A stretch of DNA of 64,000 nucleotides from Octopus sinensis (Eukaryota): the NCBI RefSeq assembly GCF_006345805.1, contig NC_042999.1:84382001-84446000 (forward strand), read 5' to 3'. Of the stretch, positions 25,968 to 40,112 are shown in pieces. The position numbers and the translations under genes were made by a program. The notes under the pieces are model-generated. The model saw nothing but the letters and a program-made list of their open reading frames with translations. It was not told where the DNA came from and made no database searches. Positions within the stretch are counted from its first letter, which is position 1, and each line of letters starts with the position of its first letter.

Positions 25968-28390
25968 TCAGGACATATCCCGTGGCCCCTACCTGGGACG
26001 TAGTCGATCCACCTGTGCATACCTTCCTTCTTGTGACACTTGTGAAGACCTGCTGAGGCAAGTGAAAATCAATCAAAATAGATGAACATCAATGGAATTT
26101 GTATCTTTGTGGTACCAGTGCCTGTGGCACACAAGAAAACCATCCGAACGTGGCCGTAGCCAGTACCGCATCGACTGGCCTCCGTGCTGTGGGAACATGG
26201 TGGCACATAAAAACACCATCCGAAGACCCGGCAAGACTAGTCAGGTCATAACCCGTGGCCCCTACCTGGGACGTAGTCAGTCCACCTGTACATACCTTCC
26301 TTCTTGTGACACTTGTGAAGACCTGTTGAGGCAAGTGAAAATCAAAATCAAAACAAATCAAAATAGATGAACATCAATGGAATTTATATCTTTGTGGTAC
26401 CACTGCCGGTGGCACACAAGAATCCATCCGAACGTGGCCGTAGTCAGTACCGCATCACTGGCCATCGTGCTGTGGGCACATAACAAACACCATCCGATCG
26501 TGGCCGTTCGCCAGCCTCATCTAGCACCTGTGTCGGTGGCACATAAAAAACACCATCCGAAGACCCGGCAAGACTAGTCAGGCCATAACCCATGGCCCCT
26601 ACCTGGGACGTAGTCAGTCCACCTGTGCATACCTTCCTCCTTGTGATACTTGTGAAGGCCTGTTGAGGCAAGTGAAAATCAAAATCAAATCAAAACAAAT
26701 CAAAATAGATGAACATCAATGGAATTTGTATCTTTGTGGTACCAGTGCCGGTGGCACACAAGAGAAAACCATCCGAAAGTGGCCGTAGCCAGTACCGCAC
26801 AGACTGGCCTCCGTGCTGTGGGCGCATGACAAACACTATCCGATCGTGGCCGTTCGCCAGCCTCATCTAGCACCTGTGTCGGTGGCACATAAAAACACCA
26901 TCCGAAGACCCGGCAAGACTAGTCAGGCCATAACCCATGGCCCCTATATGGGACGTAGTCAGTCCACCTGTGCATACCTTCCTTCTTGTGACACTTGTGA
27001 AGACCTGTTGAGGCAAGTGAAAATCAAAATCAAAACAAATCAAAATAGATGAACATCAATGGAATCTGTATCTTTGTGGTACCACTGCCGGTGGCACACA
27101 AGAGAACCATCCGAACGTGGCCGTAGCCAGTTCCGCATCGACCGGCCTCCGTGCTGTGGGCACGTAACAAACACCATCCGATCATGGCCGTTCGCCAGCC
27201 TCATCTGGCACCTGTGTCGGTGGCACATAAAAACACCTTCCGAAGACCCGGCAAGACTAGTCAGTCCACCTGTGCATACCTTCCTTCTTGTGACACTTGT
27301 GAAGACCTGTTGAGGCAAGTGAAAATCAAATCAAATCAAAATAGATTAACATCAATGGAATTTGTATCTTTGTGGTACCAGTGCCTGTGGCACACAAGAA
27401 ATCCATCCGAACGTGGCCGTAGTCAGTACCGCATCGGGGCCATCGTGCTGTGGGCACATAACAAACACCATCCGATCATGGCCGTTCGCCAGCCTCATCT
27501 AGCACCTGTGTCGGTGGCACATAAAAACACCATCCGAAGACCCGGCAAGACTAGTCAGGCCATATCCCATGGCCCCTACCTGGGACGTAGTCAGTCCACC
27601 TGTGCATACCTTCCTCCTTGTGATACTTGTGAAGGCCTGTTGAGGCAAGTGAAAATCAAAATGAAATCAAAACAAATCAAATCAAATCAAATCGAAACAA
27701 ATCAAAATAGATGAACATTAATGGAATTGTATCTTTGTGGTACCAGTGCCGGTGGCACACAAGAAAACCATCCGAACGTGGCCGTAGCCAGTACCGCACC
27801 GACTGGCCTCCGTGCTGTGGGCACGTAACAAACACCATCCGATCGTGGCCGTTCGCCAGCCTCATCTGGCACCTGTGTCGGTGGCACATAAAAACACCAT
27901 CCGAAGACCCGGCAAGACTAGTCAGGGCATAACCTGTGGCCCCTACCTGGGACGTAGTCAGTCCACCTGTGCATACCTTCCTTCTTGTGACACTTGTGAA
28001 GACCGAAGACCTGTTGAGGCAAGTGAAAATCAAAACAAATCAAAATAGATGAACATCAATGGAATTTGTATCTTTGTGGTACCAGTGCCGGTGGCACGTG
28101 GCACAGAAGAAAACCATCCGAACGTGGCCGTAGCCAGTACCGCATCGACTGGCCTCCGTGCTGTGGGCACGTAACAAACACCATCCGATCGTGGCCGTTT
28201 GCCAGCCTCATCTGGCACCTGTGTCGGTGGCACATAAAAACACCATCCGAGCGTGGCCGTCTGCCAGCCTCGTCTGGCACCTGTGTCGGTGGCACATAAA
28301 AAACACCATCTGTGTCGGTGGCACATAAAAAACACCATCCGAGCGTGGCCGTTTGCCAGCCTCGTCTGGCACCTGTGTCGGTGGCACATA
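25950..28390 (+). repeat. Tandem array of ~285-365-bp units (7 copies) in the RTE 3' UTR
   Basis: Marker aaaatagatgaacatcaatgg at ~26076, 26361, 26702, 27042, 27341, 27704, 28042. Confidence 0.95.
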
Positions 28391-28577
28391 AAATCACCCA
28401 CTACACTCTCGGAGTGGTTGGCGTTAGGAAGGGCATCCAGCTGTAGAAACACTGCCAGATCTGACTGGACTGGTGCAGCTTTCGGGCTCCCCAGACCCCA
28501 GTTGAACCGTCCAACCCATGCTAGCATGGAAAGCGGACGTTAAATGATGATGATGATGATGATGATATATGTGTGTG

Positions 28578-29073
28578 TGAAGTATATTTGCCATCTAAAT
28601 ATGGCTAACCACTAAGGGTGGATGTTACTGTAGCTTGTAGCCTCAGGCTACCCATATTTAGATGGCAAATATACTTCACGTTGTCGTGTTGTTACTGTCT
28701 ATACCTCGTTCAGAGATTTATTATTGCTTGTATACACTTTTTCAAGAACAGTGACGAAAAGCCACTGGAGAAAGGATATATGTATTTGCATTGGGACCCT
28801 TCCATCGAAAATCGGTGATTGTCGTGCGCTGATGACGAGTCAATACCTAGTCTGTGCGTATCACGTACGTCGACAATGGGAAGGGTGGCTTCCCTTTGCA
28901 AATACCGATAGGGCACAGAAAGTGTGTCAATAGCCAGCTGGAGAAGATGTACTCCTGGTGCTACAAGCTACGGTAACATCCACCCTTAGTGGTTAGCCAT
29001 ATTTAGATGGCAAATATACTTCACATTGTCGTGCAGTTACTGTCTATACCTCCTTCAAAGATTTATTATTGCG
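28578..29073 (-). mobile_element. Small element with direct and inverted terminal segments, resembling a PLE pseudo-LTR arrangement
   Basis: 28578-28640 is inverted at ~28960-29023, and ~28650-28728 is directly repeated at ~28997-29073. Confidence 0.55.
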
Positions 29074-29074
29074 C

Positions 29075-29124
<50 letters not shown>

Positions 29125-29288
29125 CAAATTGAGATAGGGGTTGTAAATGCAACCCTCCATGGGATATATATTTAACCCTACAGTCTCTTATGTGGTGTTT
29201 AATAAAGTATGTGATTGAGTATTATCTGGTAATTGATATTTGATTTAGATGTATTTCTCCATTTTCTTATCTTGTATATATATATATA

Positions 29289-29396
29289 TAGCAATTAAGG
29301 ACAACTACTTAATAAGGAAAACTTAACAAGAAATTGTCAGGTACCTGACAATTTCTTGTTAAGTTTTCCTTATTAAGTAGTTGTCCTTAATTGCTA
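29289..29396. repeat. Perfect 108-bp palindrome with no spacer
   Basis: 54-bp arms centred on caggt|acctg. Confidence 0.95.
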
Positions 29397-29562
29397 AATT
29401 TTTATTCCGAAAAAACTTTTCCTCTCCCGAAATGCAATTCGTAAAAGTTTACCATTTACCCGGATGTAATATATATAAACTCACCCATGTGCTTCGTTGA
29501 TGTTGATCAGTTAGCTGATCGGCTTAAGCGAGGCAAGGTCGTTGTTTATTTATAATACATTC

Positions 29563-29610
29563 AGGCCTGCTGATGATTACGTAAGTATGAAATCACTGTG
29601 ATACAGGTCT
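29563..29610 (+). ncRNA. Type I minimal hammerhead ribozyme
   Basis: Stem I aggcctg/caggtct (7 bp), CTGATGA (29570-76), stem II tac-gtaa-gta, GAAA (29589-92), stem III atca-ctg-tgat, AUA cleavage triplet after 29603. Confidence 0.8.
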
Positions 29611-29745
29611 ATATTTTTAAATGTCTTACTTTGAAAAATTGCATTCGGTGGGATTAGTAATATTTTTGGTAGAAATGACTGATTGTCCCTCTTAGCGTTT
29701 GGCATGTATATACAATGCCTCCTGGCATGTATGTATAATGCCCTC

Positions 29746-29796
<51 letters not shown>

Positions 29797-29799
29797 AAG

Positions 29800-29837
<38 letters not shown>

Positions 29838-29842
<5 letters not shown>

Positions 29843-30607
29843 AACGGGAGGCCTTGGCTGACAGGTTCGCGGAAAACCTCCGAGACATCCGACTCGGCAA
29901 TGACACACCGGTCTCGCGCCATTTCCGCTCTACCGGTCACTCTTTGCAACACCTGTCCTTGTTCGGATTCTCCTTGCACAGGGGCCATCCGGACTCCCGT
30001 TTGCTCCGTGAACAGGGATTAATCTACTCTCTTCGCTTCTATGCGCCACATGCGCTGACCTCTCCTCCCTTCTTCATCTAACCTTCTCCCCTCGCCTCTT
30101 TCCCCCTCACACCTTCTTCCTCCCCCCACTGCTCCTCTCTTGCTCCGACTCCTGCTTCTTCTCTTCACTCCTACTCTTCTCTTCTCTTCACTCCTACCCG
30201 CCTTCTCCTTCCCCCTTCATCGTCACTCCTCTCACGTTATCCCACCCCACCCTTACACATTCCTCCCAGCTTCCCTATCCTTCCTTATCCCGACCCACCC
30301 CGTCGCTTACACAAACTCCCACATACCCCACCTCTACCCCCACCCTCTACCTACCCACATACCCCACCTCTACACCGACCCTCAGCCTAACCCACACCCA
30401 CCCTTGTGTGACCCTTCTGTCCGGCATTCGCCATCATAGATCGCTAGCCACTACACATTCTTTATTTTCTCCCCTTCATTCTTTCTGTGGAAGGGCGTAG
30501 GCTCGAAACGTTATAGACTTTTTCACTTCCCGAACTTTATACAAATACATCTTTTTGTTGTCTACGCCACCTGTCTTCGTCTTTTGTTTTTTTTTGTGAA
30601 TACTCCC

Positions 30608-30608
<1 letters not shown>
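29838..30608 (+). mobile_element. 3' fragment of a Penelope-like element (GIY-YIG C-terminus, pyrimidine-rich 3' region, pLTR)
   Basis: ADRFAENLRDIRLGNDTPVSRHFRSTGH...RLLREQGLIYSL is typical of a PLE endonuclease C-terminus. Ends at (TA)n. Confidence 0.8.
30478..30519 (+). ncRNA. Degenerate minimal hammerhead in a PLE pseudo-LTR
   Basis: ctgtgga-a, stem II gggc-gtag-gctc, GAA-ACGT-T. The core is mutated and stem I is imperfect. Confidence 0.5.
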
Positions 30609-30657
<49 letters not shown>

Positions 30658-31280
30658 CGTGTGTGTGTGCGTGTCTGTGTGTGTGTCTGTGTGTGTCTGT
30701 GTGTGTGTATGTGTGTATGTATGTATGTATGTATATAAATGTATGTATGTATTTATATATAAACATATTTGTGTGTGTGTGTGAATTCTTATGTGTAAAT
30801 AATGAACAACTTGCAATTCTCTCTGATAAGATTAATGTTTCTAAAATGGATAAAAAATATATTCAGTACGATGGTGGAACACCTGCCATAGCTACAGGAG
30901 TTGCAAGTTTGAGTCCTCTGGCAGCCTTCGAATTTTTCTATCCAAAACGGCTTTTCAATTTATTATTTTACTATTTTCCTGATATCGCACTTCGAAAACC
31001 TATTGCAAAAATGTTATAGTTAAACACAAACACACACACACACACACATAAATGTGTGACCGCGTAACTATTCGATTCTAGTGTTCATGTGCCAATAAAA
31101 AAGACTACTTAACTGAAACATACACACCCATACACGCAGGCATGCACATATATATAAATGTATCATATATATGTATATATGAATGTATGTATGTATGTAT
31201 GTATGTATGTATGTATGTGTATGTATGTATGTATGTATGTATGTATGTATGTGGTATGTATGTATGTATGTATGTAGTAT

Positions 31281-31324
<44 letters not shown>

Positions 31325-31887
31325 TATATACACATATATATATATATAATATATATATTATATATATATATATATATAATATATATATATATATACACAA
31401 TTTTGCTCTACTTTTATCAAATATTTTACCAATTTTGTAATTATAAGGTTTCATGACTGAGAAAATATATTGCTACTTTTCACTGACTTTTATCACGTGC
31501 CATAAGTTCCTTTTCCACTTACTTTTTGATAAGAATATTACTATTATGATATATTTATTGTGATTGTGTACATATGTATTTATACATATAGAAATACATT
31601 AATATATATACACATGTACGCAGGCACAGATGCACTCATTCACGCACGCATACGCACACACGCTTGTGCGCATACTGAAGATGCACATATATATGCATAT
31701 GTGTTTCTGACAGATATAGATGGTTTCCTCGAGATTTGTGCTAGTCTGCATCAGCAAATATTGTATGGTTACTATAAAAGTATAATTATTTAAGTTACAA
31801 AACTGATTAGAGCATAAAATCTTAACGCTTCGTAAACCACTTATTTTTCTGGCAAAGACAAAATAGACGAATCAAAAACAAAGTTAT

Positions 31888-32225
31888 ACATGGGGCGCCA
31901 CTGCATGGTGCCAAAGATCCCAACATCACCATCAGAATACAGGACCAGATACAGCTTGGGTTTCAGGGGACCTCAGCTCTTCAATATCCTTCCTAAATGC
32001 CTGAGAGACCTGCACGGTGTGGATGTGAGTTTCTTTAAAACTAAACTGGATCTCTTCTTGTCAGGGATTCCAGATGAACCTACCTCTCGGCAGGAAACAC
32101 AGATGCGGGCCGCGGCATCGAATTCCCTTGTTGACCAAGTGCCACGTATCAGAGGTGGTTTCACGTACTAGTGTAGCTCATTCAACGGTGGTGCCTCTGT
32201 ATGGCTGCTGCAGTCGGGCTGAGAC
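31888..32225 (+). mobile_element. CR1-type LINE 3' end
   Basis: ORF 31890-32171 SLGFRGPQLFNILPKCLRDL...FKTKLDLFLSGIPDEP plus a CR1-type tail. Confidence 0.85.
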
Positions 32226-32468
32226 ATTTTTAAGGATTTAAGGATTTATACATATTCAAATATGAGTTAGAAGCAGTTCGAGGAATATAAACAAAGTTGA
32301 ACACACATACACGAGGTGTGTTTATTGTTAGTTTCTTGGGCGGCTGCGTTTTGTAGGCGTAATGGCATTGAGAATATATTCTCTTACGCCTAAAAATCCA
32401 AGCCGCCCGACAAATTAACACACTCTCGTGTATTTGTGTGTTCGACTTTGTTTATATATATGTATGCA

Positions 32469-32505
<37 letters not shown>

Positions 32506-32517
32506 ACGTGTGTAAGT

Positions 32518-32890
32518 GAAGGCGCATGGTTCAGTGGTTAGTGCGTCGAGCTCACGATCGTGAGGTTGTGAGTTCCATTCCTGGACAAGCTGCATTTTGT
32601 GTTCTAGAGCAAGACACTATATTTCACTTTGCTCCAGTTCATTCAGCTGTAGAAATGAATTGCGAGGTCACTGGTGCCAATCTGTATCGGTCTTTGCCTT
32701 CCCCTTGGATAACATCGGTGTCGTGGAGAGGTATGGCTGGTATACATGGGTGACTGCTGGCCTTCCATAAAAACAACCCTTGGTTGTGTGTTCGCAGGTG
32801 AGGCGACTTTCTGCTCAGAATTGTACTCCGGAGTGGAACCTCTTAGGTGCACCAAAGACAATTCGTGACGGACGGAGTCGACTCCATTTA
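32518..32890 (+). mobile_element. tRNA-derived CORE-like SINE (family B head, different tail)
   Basis: ggcgcatggttcagtggttag (A box), gagttccattcc (B-box-like), tgtgttctagagcaagacact. Confidence 0.75.
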
Positions 32891-33669
32891 TATACATAAC
32901 ACGTGATTTGCAGTTCCAGCGCCCATACAATTCGATTCTCCTATGCTACGCTATATATCCTTACATATATCACCACGCGTCTAAAAGCGAATTCCGCAGT
33001 ATTAGACGTTAGCAAATAACAACAACGATTAATAGAATATAAATATCATCATGATATTAATACTTATTCAGTCGCTAATATTTATATTTTGATAAGCCTA
33101 CTAGCTGTTTGCGGTACCAGTGTCAGAAGATCCACTGCTATTCCACATTGGCACAGAGATTTGGCTGACATGTAGGGTTAAACTGCTACCATCAAAAAAA
33201 ATCATAGTACTCTGAAATCAAGTGATAGGGGGTCCTGGTGCCAATAACACACAATTCACGTATGCTACGGTATATATCTCTGCTGATAGCACCATACCGC
33301 TACATGAGATGACCTCTTAAGGTGAACCCTAGGTATCAGTATTCAACGCTCTAATAATTCATCATATTTATTCTTTAAGACGCCTAATACCATTTTCCGA
33401 CACCAGTGAGTGAAAAGCCAGTTATTCAACATACCACTGGCAGTGAGACTTATCTAGTATATGAGCTTTAACGCCTGCTCCTGAAGAGGTGCAGCGCGCT
33501 GAAATCACGGAAAATTGACAGGTCTGGCACACATACTAGATGATTTTCTTCTGCTAAGATATATATCTTAGCTTGTTGCACGGTGTATCTATATGGGATG
33601 ACCTCCCGAGGTGAACAACTCCGTATGCTACTATTTGACAATATCATATATATATATTCCAATTTCGTC

Positions 33670-33917
33670 GCCCTTTTCCCGGTTTCTGTGGCGTATGTGT
33701 CCCTCCTAGCTGGACGGGACGCTAGTCCATCGCAGCGTTACTCAAGTAACAGGAAGATAGAGTACAACATGGGTCGCCACCATCCACTGCCGGAGAGTCG
33801 TGGAGCTTTTAGGCGTTTTCGCTCAATAAACACACACAACACCTGGTCTGGGAATCGAAACCGCGATCCTCCGACCGCGAATTCGTTGCCCAAAACACTG
33901 GGCCATTGCGCCTCCAC
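33670..33917 (-). mobile_element. tRNA-derived SINE, family B variant
   Basis: Minus head gtggaggcgcaatggcccagtg...ggtttcgattccc. 3' part shared with 12916-13404. Confidence 0.8.
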
Positions 33918-33973
33918 ACACACACACACCACACACATACACACACAAACACACATATATAGAAAGAGAGAGT

Positions 33974-34011
<38 letters not shown>

Positions 34012-34072
34012 TGTATATATGTACATTTATATATACACATATCCAATAGTACATACATACATACATAGATGC

Positions 34073-34122
<50 letters not shown>

Positions 34123-34517
34123 ATATCGTTATTTCTAATTCTCTCTAAAGGAGACTACGGCAACGGTACTGGATATTAATAGTTATCGCCAAGCTAGCAT
34201 GGCAGTCCAGATAAATAGGACGAATGCTGCCGTTGATTAGCATCAAGATGCCATCGCTTCTAGGTAGCTATGTGACACACAAACCTGTGCCCATTATAAC
34301 CTTCGAAAAGAAGATAGATCCTGTCTGTTTGTCTCACAAAACATAATTGACGCACCGTCTCATTTATAAACGTGGGTGCTCTGTCCATTTTCACACTTTA
34401 CCTATGTTGATGATAATGATGATGATGACGGTGTGGGCAGAGCTAAATGCTAAAAATTTAAAAGAATCGACACCTTTCAATCTCTCTCACTCTCCTTCCA
34501 TCTCTCTCAGACAGACA

Positions 34518-34688
34518 GATTAAGTCGATTACATCGACCCCAGTGCGTAACTGGTACTTAATTTATCGACACCGAAAGGATGAAAGGCAAAGTCGACCTC
34601 GACGGAATTTCAACTCAGAACGTAACGGCAGACGAAATACGGCTATGCATTTCGCCCGACGTGCTAACGTTTCTGCCAGCTCGCCCCT
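34518..34688 (-). mobile_element. SINE family A, 3'-shortened
   Basis: Reverse-complement match to 13656-13830. Confidence 0.88.
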
Positions 34689-35559
34689 TATGGAAGTATA
34701 TATTAACGGTATATAATTTTGATATATGTAAATTTTTGTGTTGTTGGCACATTTACTGTGTTCCTACGTGTTAGTTTGAAATCGTATGTTATTTTACAAT
34801 TTGATGCAAAACATTTCTTTTCTTTTCTTTCATTATTTATTATTACTTCATTTTTTTTTCAATATTATAATTAGAAAATATTATTAAAAGGCCTGAAGCA
34901 ATGCAAATTTAGTCATTGCGAAAAGAAAATAATCTCTTACTAAATAATTTAATTTGAAGAAATTTAATACATAATTTGGATAAGGACTCTAAAATATAAT
35001 TATCATCTTAAGTTCCAATAAATAAACAAAGTAGTGATTAGCACTTCCTGCAATTTATATAAACAGTAGGGTGATGACACCGATTCCTACCGAAGAAAAT
35101 GTTATTATATTCGTCAAGATTTCAATAATTTTTAATTAAATTTGTTTAAATATATTTTATTAAATATAAGTAAGCAACTGATATCGGTGATAAATCGTGT
35201 TAAACCAGCGAGTTATATATATTTTGTAGTTATATTAGGTATATAAATAACGGAACCATATTGAAGAGTGGGCGTTAAAGTGACATCAATTATCCAATAA
35301 TATCGGGCTCACTATCTTTCCTGAAGATGGTTCTGTCTCTGAATCGTACACAGTTCAGCTAGGTAACATAAACATTGAAGAATTGTATGTTGCTTTATCG
35401 ATAATGAGTAATGACAACTGAAGACTGCCTGCATAAATTTGTAGAGTATAGAGAAATTATATGAAAATATTTCACTAACATTTAAATTTTAACTCTTCCA
35501 GGAGAAAGCTAGCATTCGGATACTTAGGATTTCAAAGAGCATATTTATTTCTGTACAGG

Positions 35560-36272
35560 GGTTGAATAGAATAAAAATATATTTTAACTATTCTCAGTGT
35601 GGAATGAAATTAAAAAATTTTAAACATTGGCCGTGCATTTACAACTTCTATTTTTCTAATATTCCTCAGCGTGTGGAATAAAGTTAAAACATACTTTAAA
35701 TATTCCCAGTGTATTTTCAACTTCTATTTCTCCCAATATTTCTTCCAGTGTGGAAAAAAAAGTCCTAACCATTCTTAATGCATTTTCAACTTGTCTTCTT
35801 CTAATAATTCTTCCATTGTGGAATAAAATCAAATCGTATTTTAAGTATTCTCAGTGCATTTTAAACTTCTATTTTGTCCTATATTTCTACCGCGTGGAAT
35901 AAAATATAGAAAACTATTCAAACTATTCTCAGCGCATTTTCAACTTCCATTTTCCCAATATTTCTACCCGATTTGTATAAAATGAAAAAAAGAACTTAAA
36001 TATTCCCAGTTCATTGTCAACTTCTATCTTAGCAATATTTATACCCGCTTGCAACAAAATTAGATAATTTTTTAAACTAATTCCCAGTGTATTCACAACT
36101 TCTATTTCTCTTAAATTTCACCCCTTGTTAAATAAATTGAAAAATATTTCAACTCTTCCCAGTAGATTTTCATTTTCTAATTTTACAATATATTTCCGCT
36201 GTGAAATGAAAAAAATATATTTTAACTATTCACTATGCATTTTCAACATCTAATTTTCCAATATTTCTACAG
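35560..36272. repeat. Degenerate ~76-bp tandem array (at least 9 units)
   Basis: caacttcta-like marker at 35642, 35718, 35787, 35863, 35941, 36018, 36096, 36171, 36244. Confidence 0.85.
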
Positions 36273-36800
36273 TGTTTGTTGTTAACTCAACATTTCGTTT
36301 GATATATCCCACAGCCTTCATCAGGTGCCTTGGGGAAATTTCGAACCTGGGATCTCATTCCTAAGGTATTTTTGATGTTATTATTATGTACTGCTTCCAT
36401 CAGTTTTCGTGTTTTCCAGTGGTGTTCTCTGTCTATTATTTTAAGTTCATCCAACAGAAGGAGGTGGTCTCCATTTTTCCATACATGATCAGCTATACCT
36501 AATTTATCAATATCTTCTCGTGTCACAGCTTTGCGATGTTCGTCTGCACTTATTTTGAGAGGCCGGCATGTTTCACCTTTGTATAACGCAGTTTTTGGTC
36601 ATATTCTCTCTTATTAGTGGTTTTACTCGAATGAGATATTTGCGAAGTGCTGTATTACACTTGAATAGATTTATAAGCCCTAAAATTCCACCAGGTTCGA
36701 AATTTCCCCAATACAGCTGATGAAGTCTGGAGGGCATAGAAGCTGAAACGTTGTGTTAACAACAAACAAGATGAGGACAAATATCCGTCAAATGTAAATA
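36273..36800 (-). mobile_element. Penelope-like 3' fragment with inverted pseudo-LTRs, each carrying a decayed hammerhead
   Basis: Minus strand YKGETCRPLKI..EHRKAV..KLGIADHVW..KIIDREHHWKTRKLMEA. Left pLTR (-, CTGATGA at 36318-24) is inverted at 36691-36800 (+, CTGATGA 36717-23, GAAAC 36745-49). Confidence 0.85.
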
Positions 36801-36954
36801 ATATTCTTCATTTTACATCCGAATACAGTGGGGCACAATTCTTTAGGTATGCCATATGCATAATATAACGACACAGATAATAACATGTTTGTTTGTATTT
36901 GTTTTTATGTAAAACTTTCTATACGCTTTCGGTGTGATTCATTATTTACCGGAT

Positions 36955-37315
36955 TGTGCCCTTGCTGGTGCATCGTGTTGAAGAACTTTTTTAGTCGAAT
37001 GTATTGACCTCAGTAATTATTTCTTGTAAGCTTGGTACTTATTCTATCGATCTACCTTACCGTACCGTTTGGAGATGGAGACATAACACACCGACACGGG
37101 TTGTCAAGCGGTACTGGAGCACAAATACGGACACAAAGACACACACACATACATAAATACGATGGACTTCTTTCAGTTTCCGCCAACTAAATCCACTCAC
37201 AAGCTCTGGTCGGTCCGAAGCTATATTAGTAGACACCTGCCGAAGGTACCACACATTGGGACTCAACCGGGAAGGATGTAGTTGGGAAGCAAGCTACTAA
37301 GCACCACCACACATG
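36955..37315 (-). mobile_element. Degenerate SINE family C
   Basis: cttctttcagtttccg..aaatccactcacaag matches 55370-55410. Confidence 0.75.
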
Positions 37316-37500
37316 TGCCACACATCTACACCTCCGTCCATATATATAACGGTTAAAATCATACCAATATGAGAACAATGAATGTAAGGCTGGCTGAATT
37401 TAAACTCAACTTTTTACTGCGCTCTGTTTAAAAAATTGCAGGTAATCAACTGATTAAACCAGCCCCCCCTCCCAATCGTATATATATATATATATATATA

Positions 37501-40112
<2,612 letters not shown>

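Larger units (their letters stand above)
24897..28566 (+). mobile_element. 5'-truncated RTE-clade LINE with expanded 3' UTR and (GAT)n tail
   Basis: RT ORF to 25967. Terminal RTE-like segment tggcgttaggaagggcatccag...aacccatgctagcatggaaagcggacgttaaa followed by (tga)n. Confidence 0.93.

Noticed and set aside
25950-28390. CRISPR-like or ribozyme array interpretation of the tandem units
   Set aside because: Eukaryotic LINE UTR; whole units repeat with no unique spacers and no cas genes; no CTGANGA core (only ctgttgaggcaagtgaaa)
29563-30519. Two same-strand hammerheads ~900 nt apart releasing a retrozyme monomer
   Set aside because: The two motifs and their flanks are unrelated in sequence and separated by (TA)n, so they are probably independent insertions
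30820-31019. Possible exon encoding INVSKMDKKYIQYDGGTPAIATGVA
   Set aside because: Weak donor site, no recognisable protein and no partner exons
35560-36272. Decayed C2H2 zinc-finger array (cagtgtggaaaa = QCGK)
   Set aside because: The period is ~76 bp, not 84, and there is no HTGEKP linker or His pair
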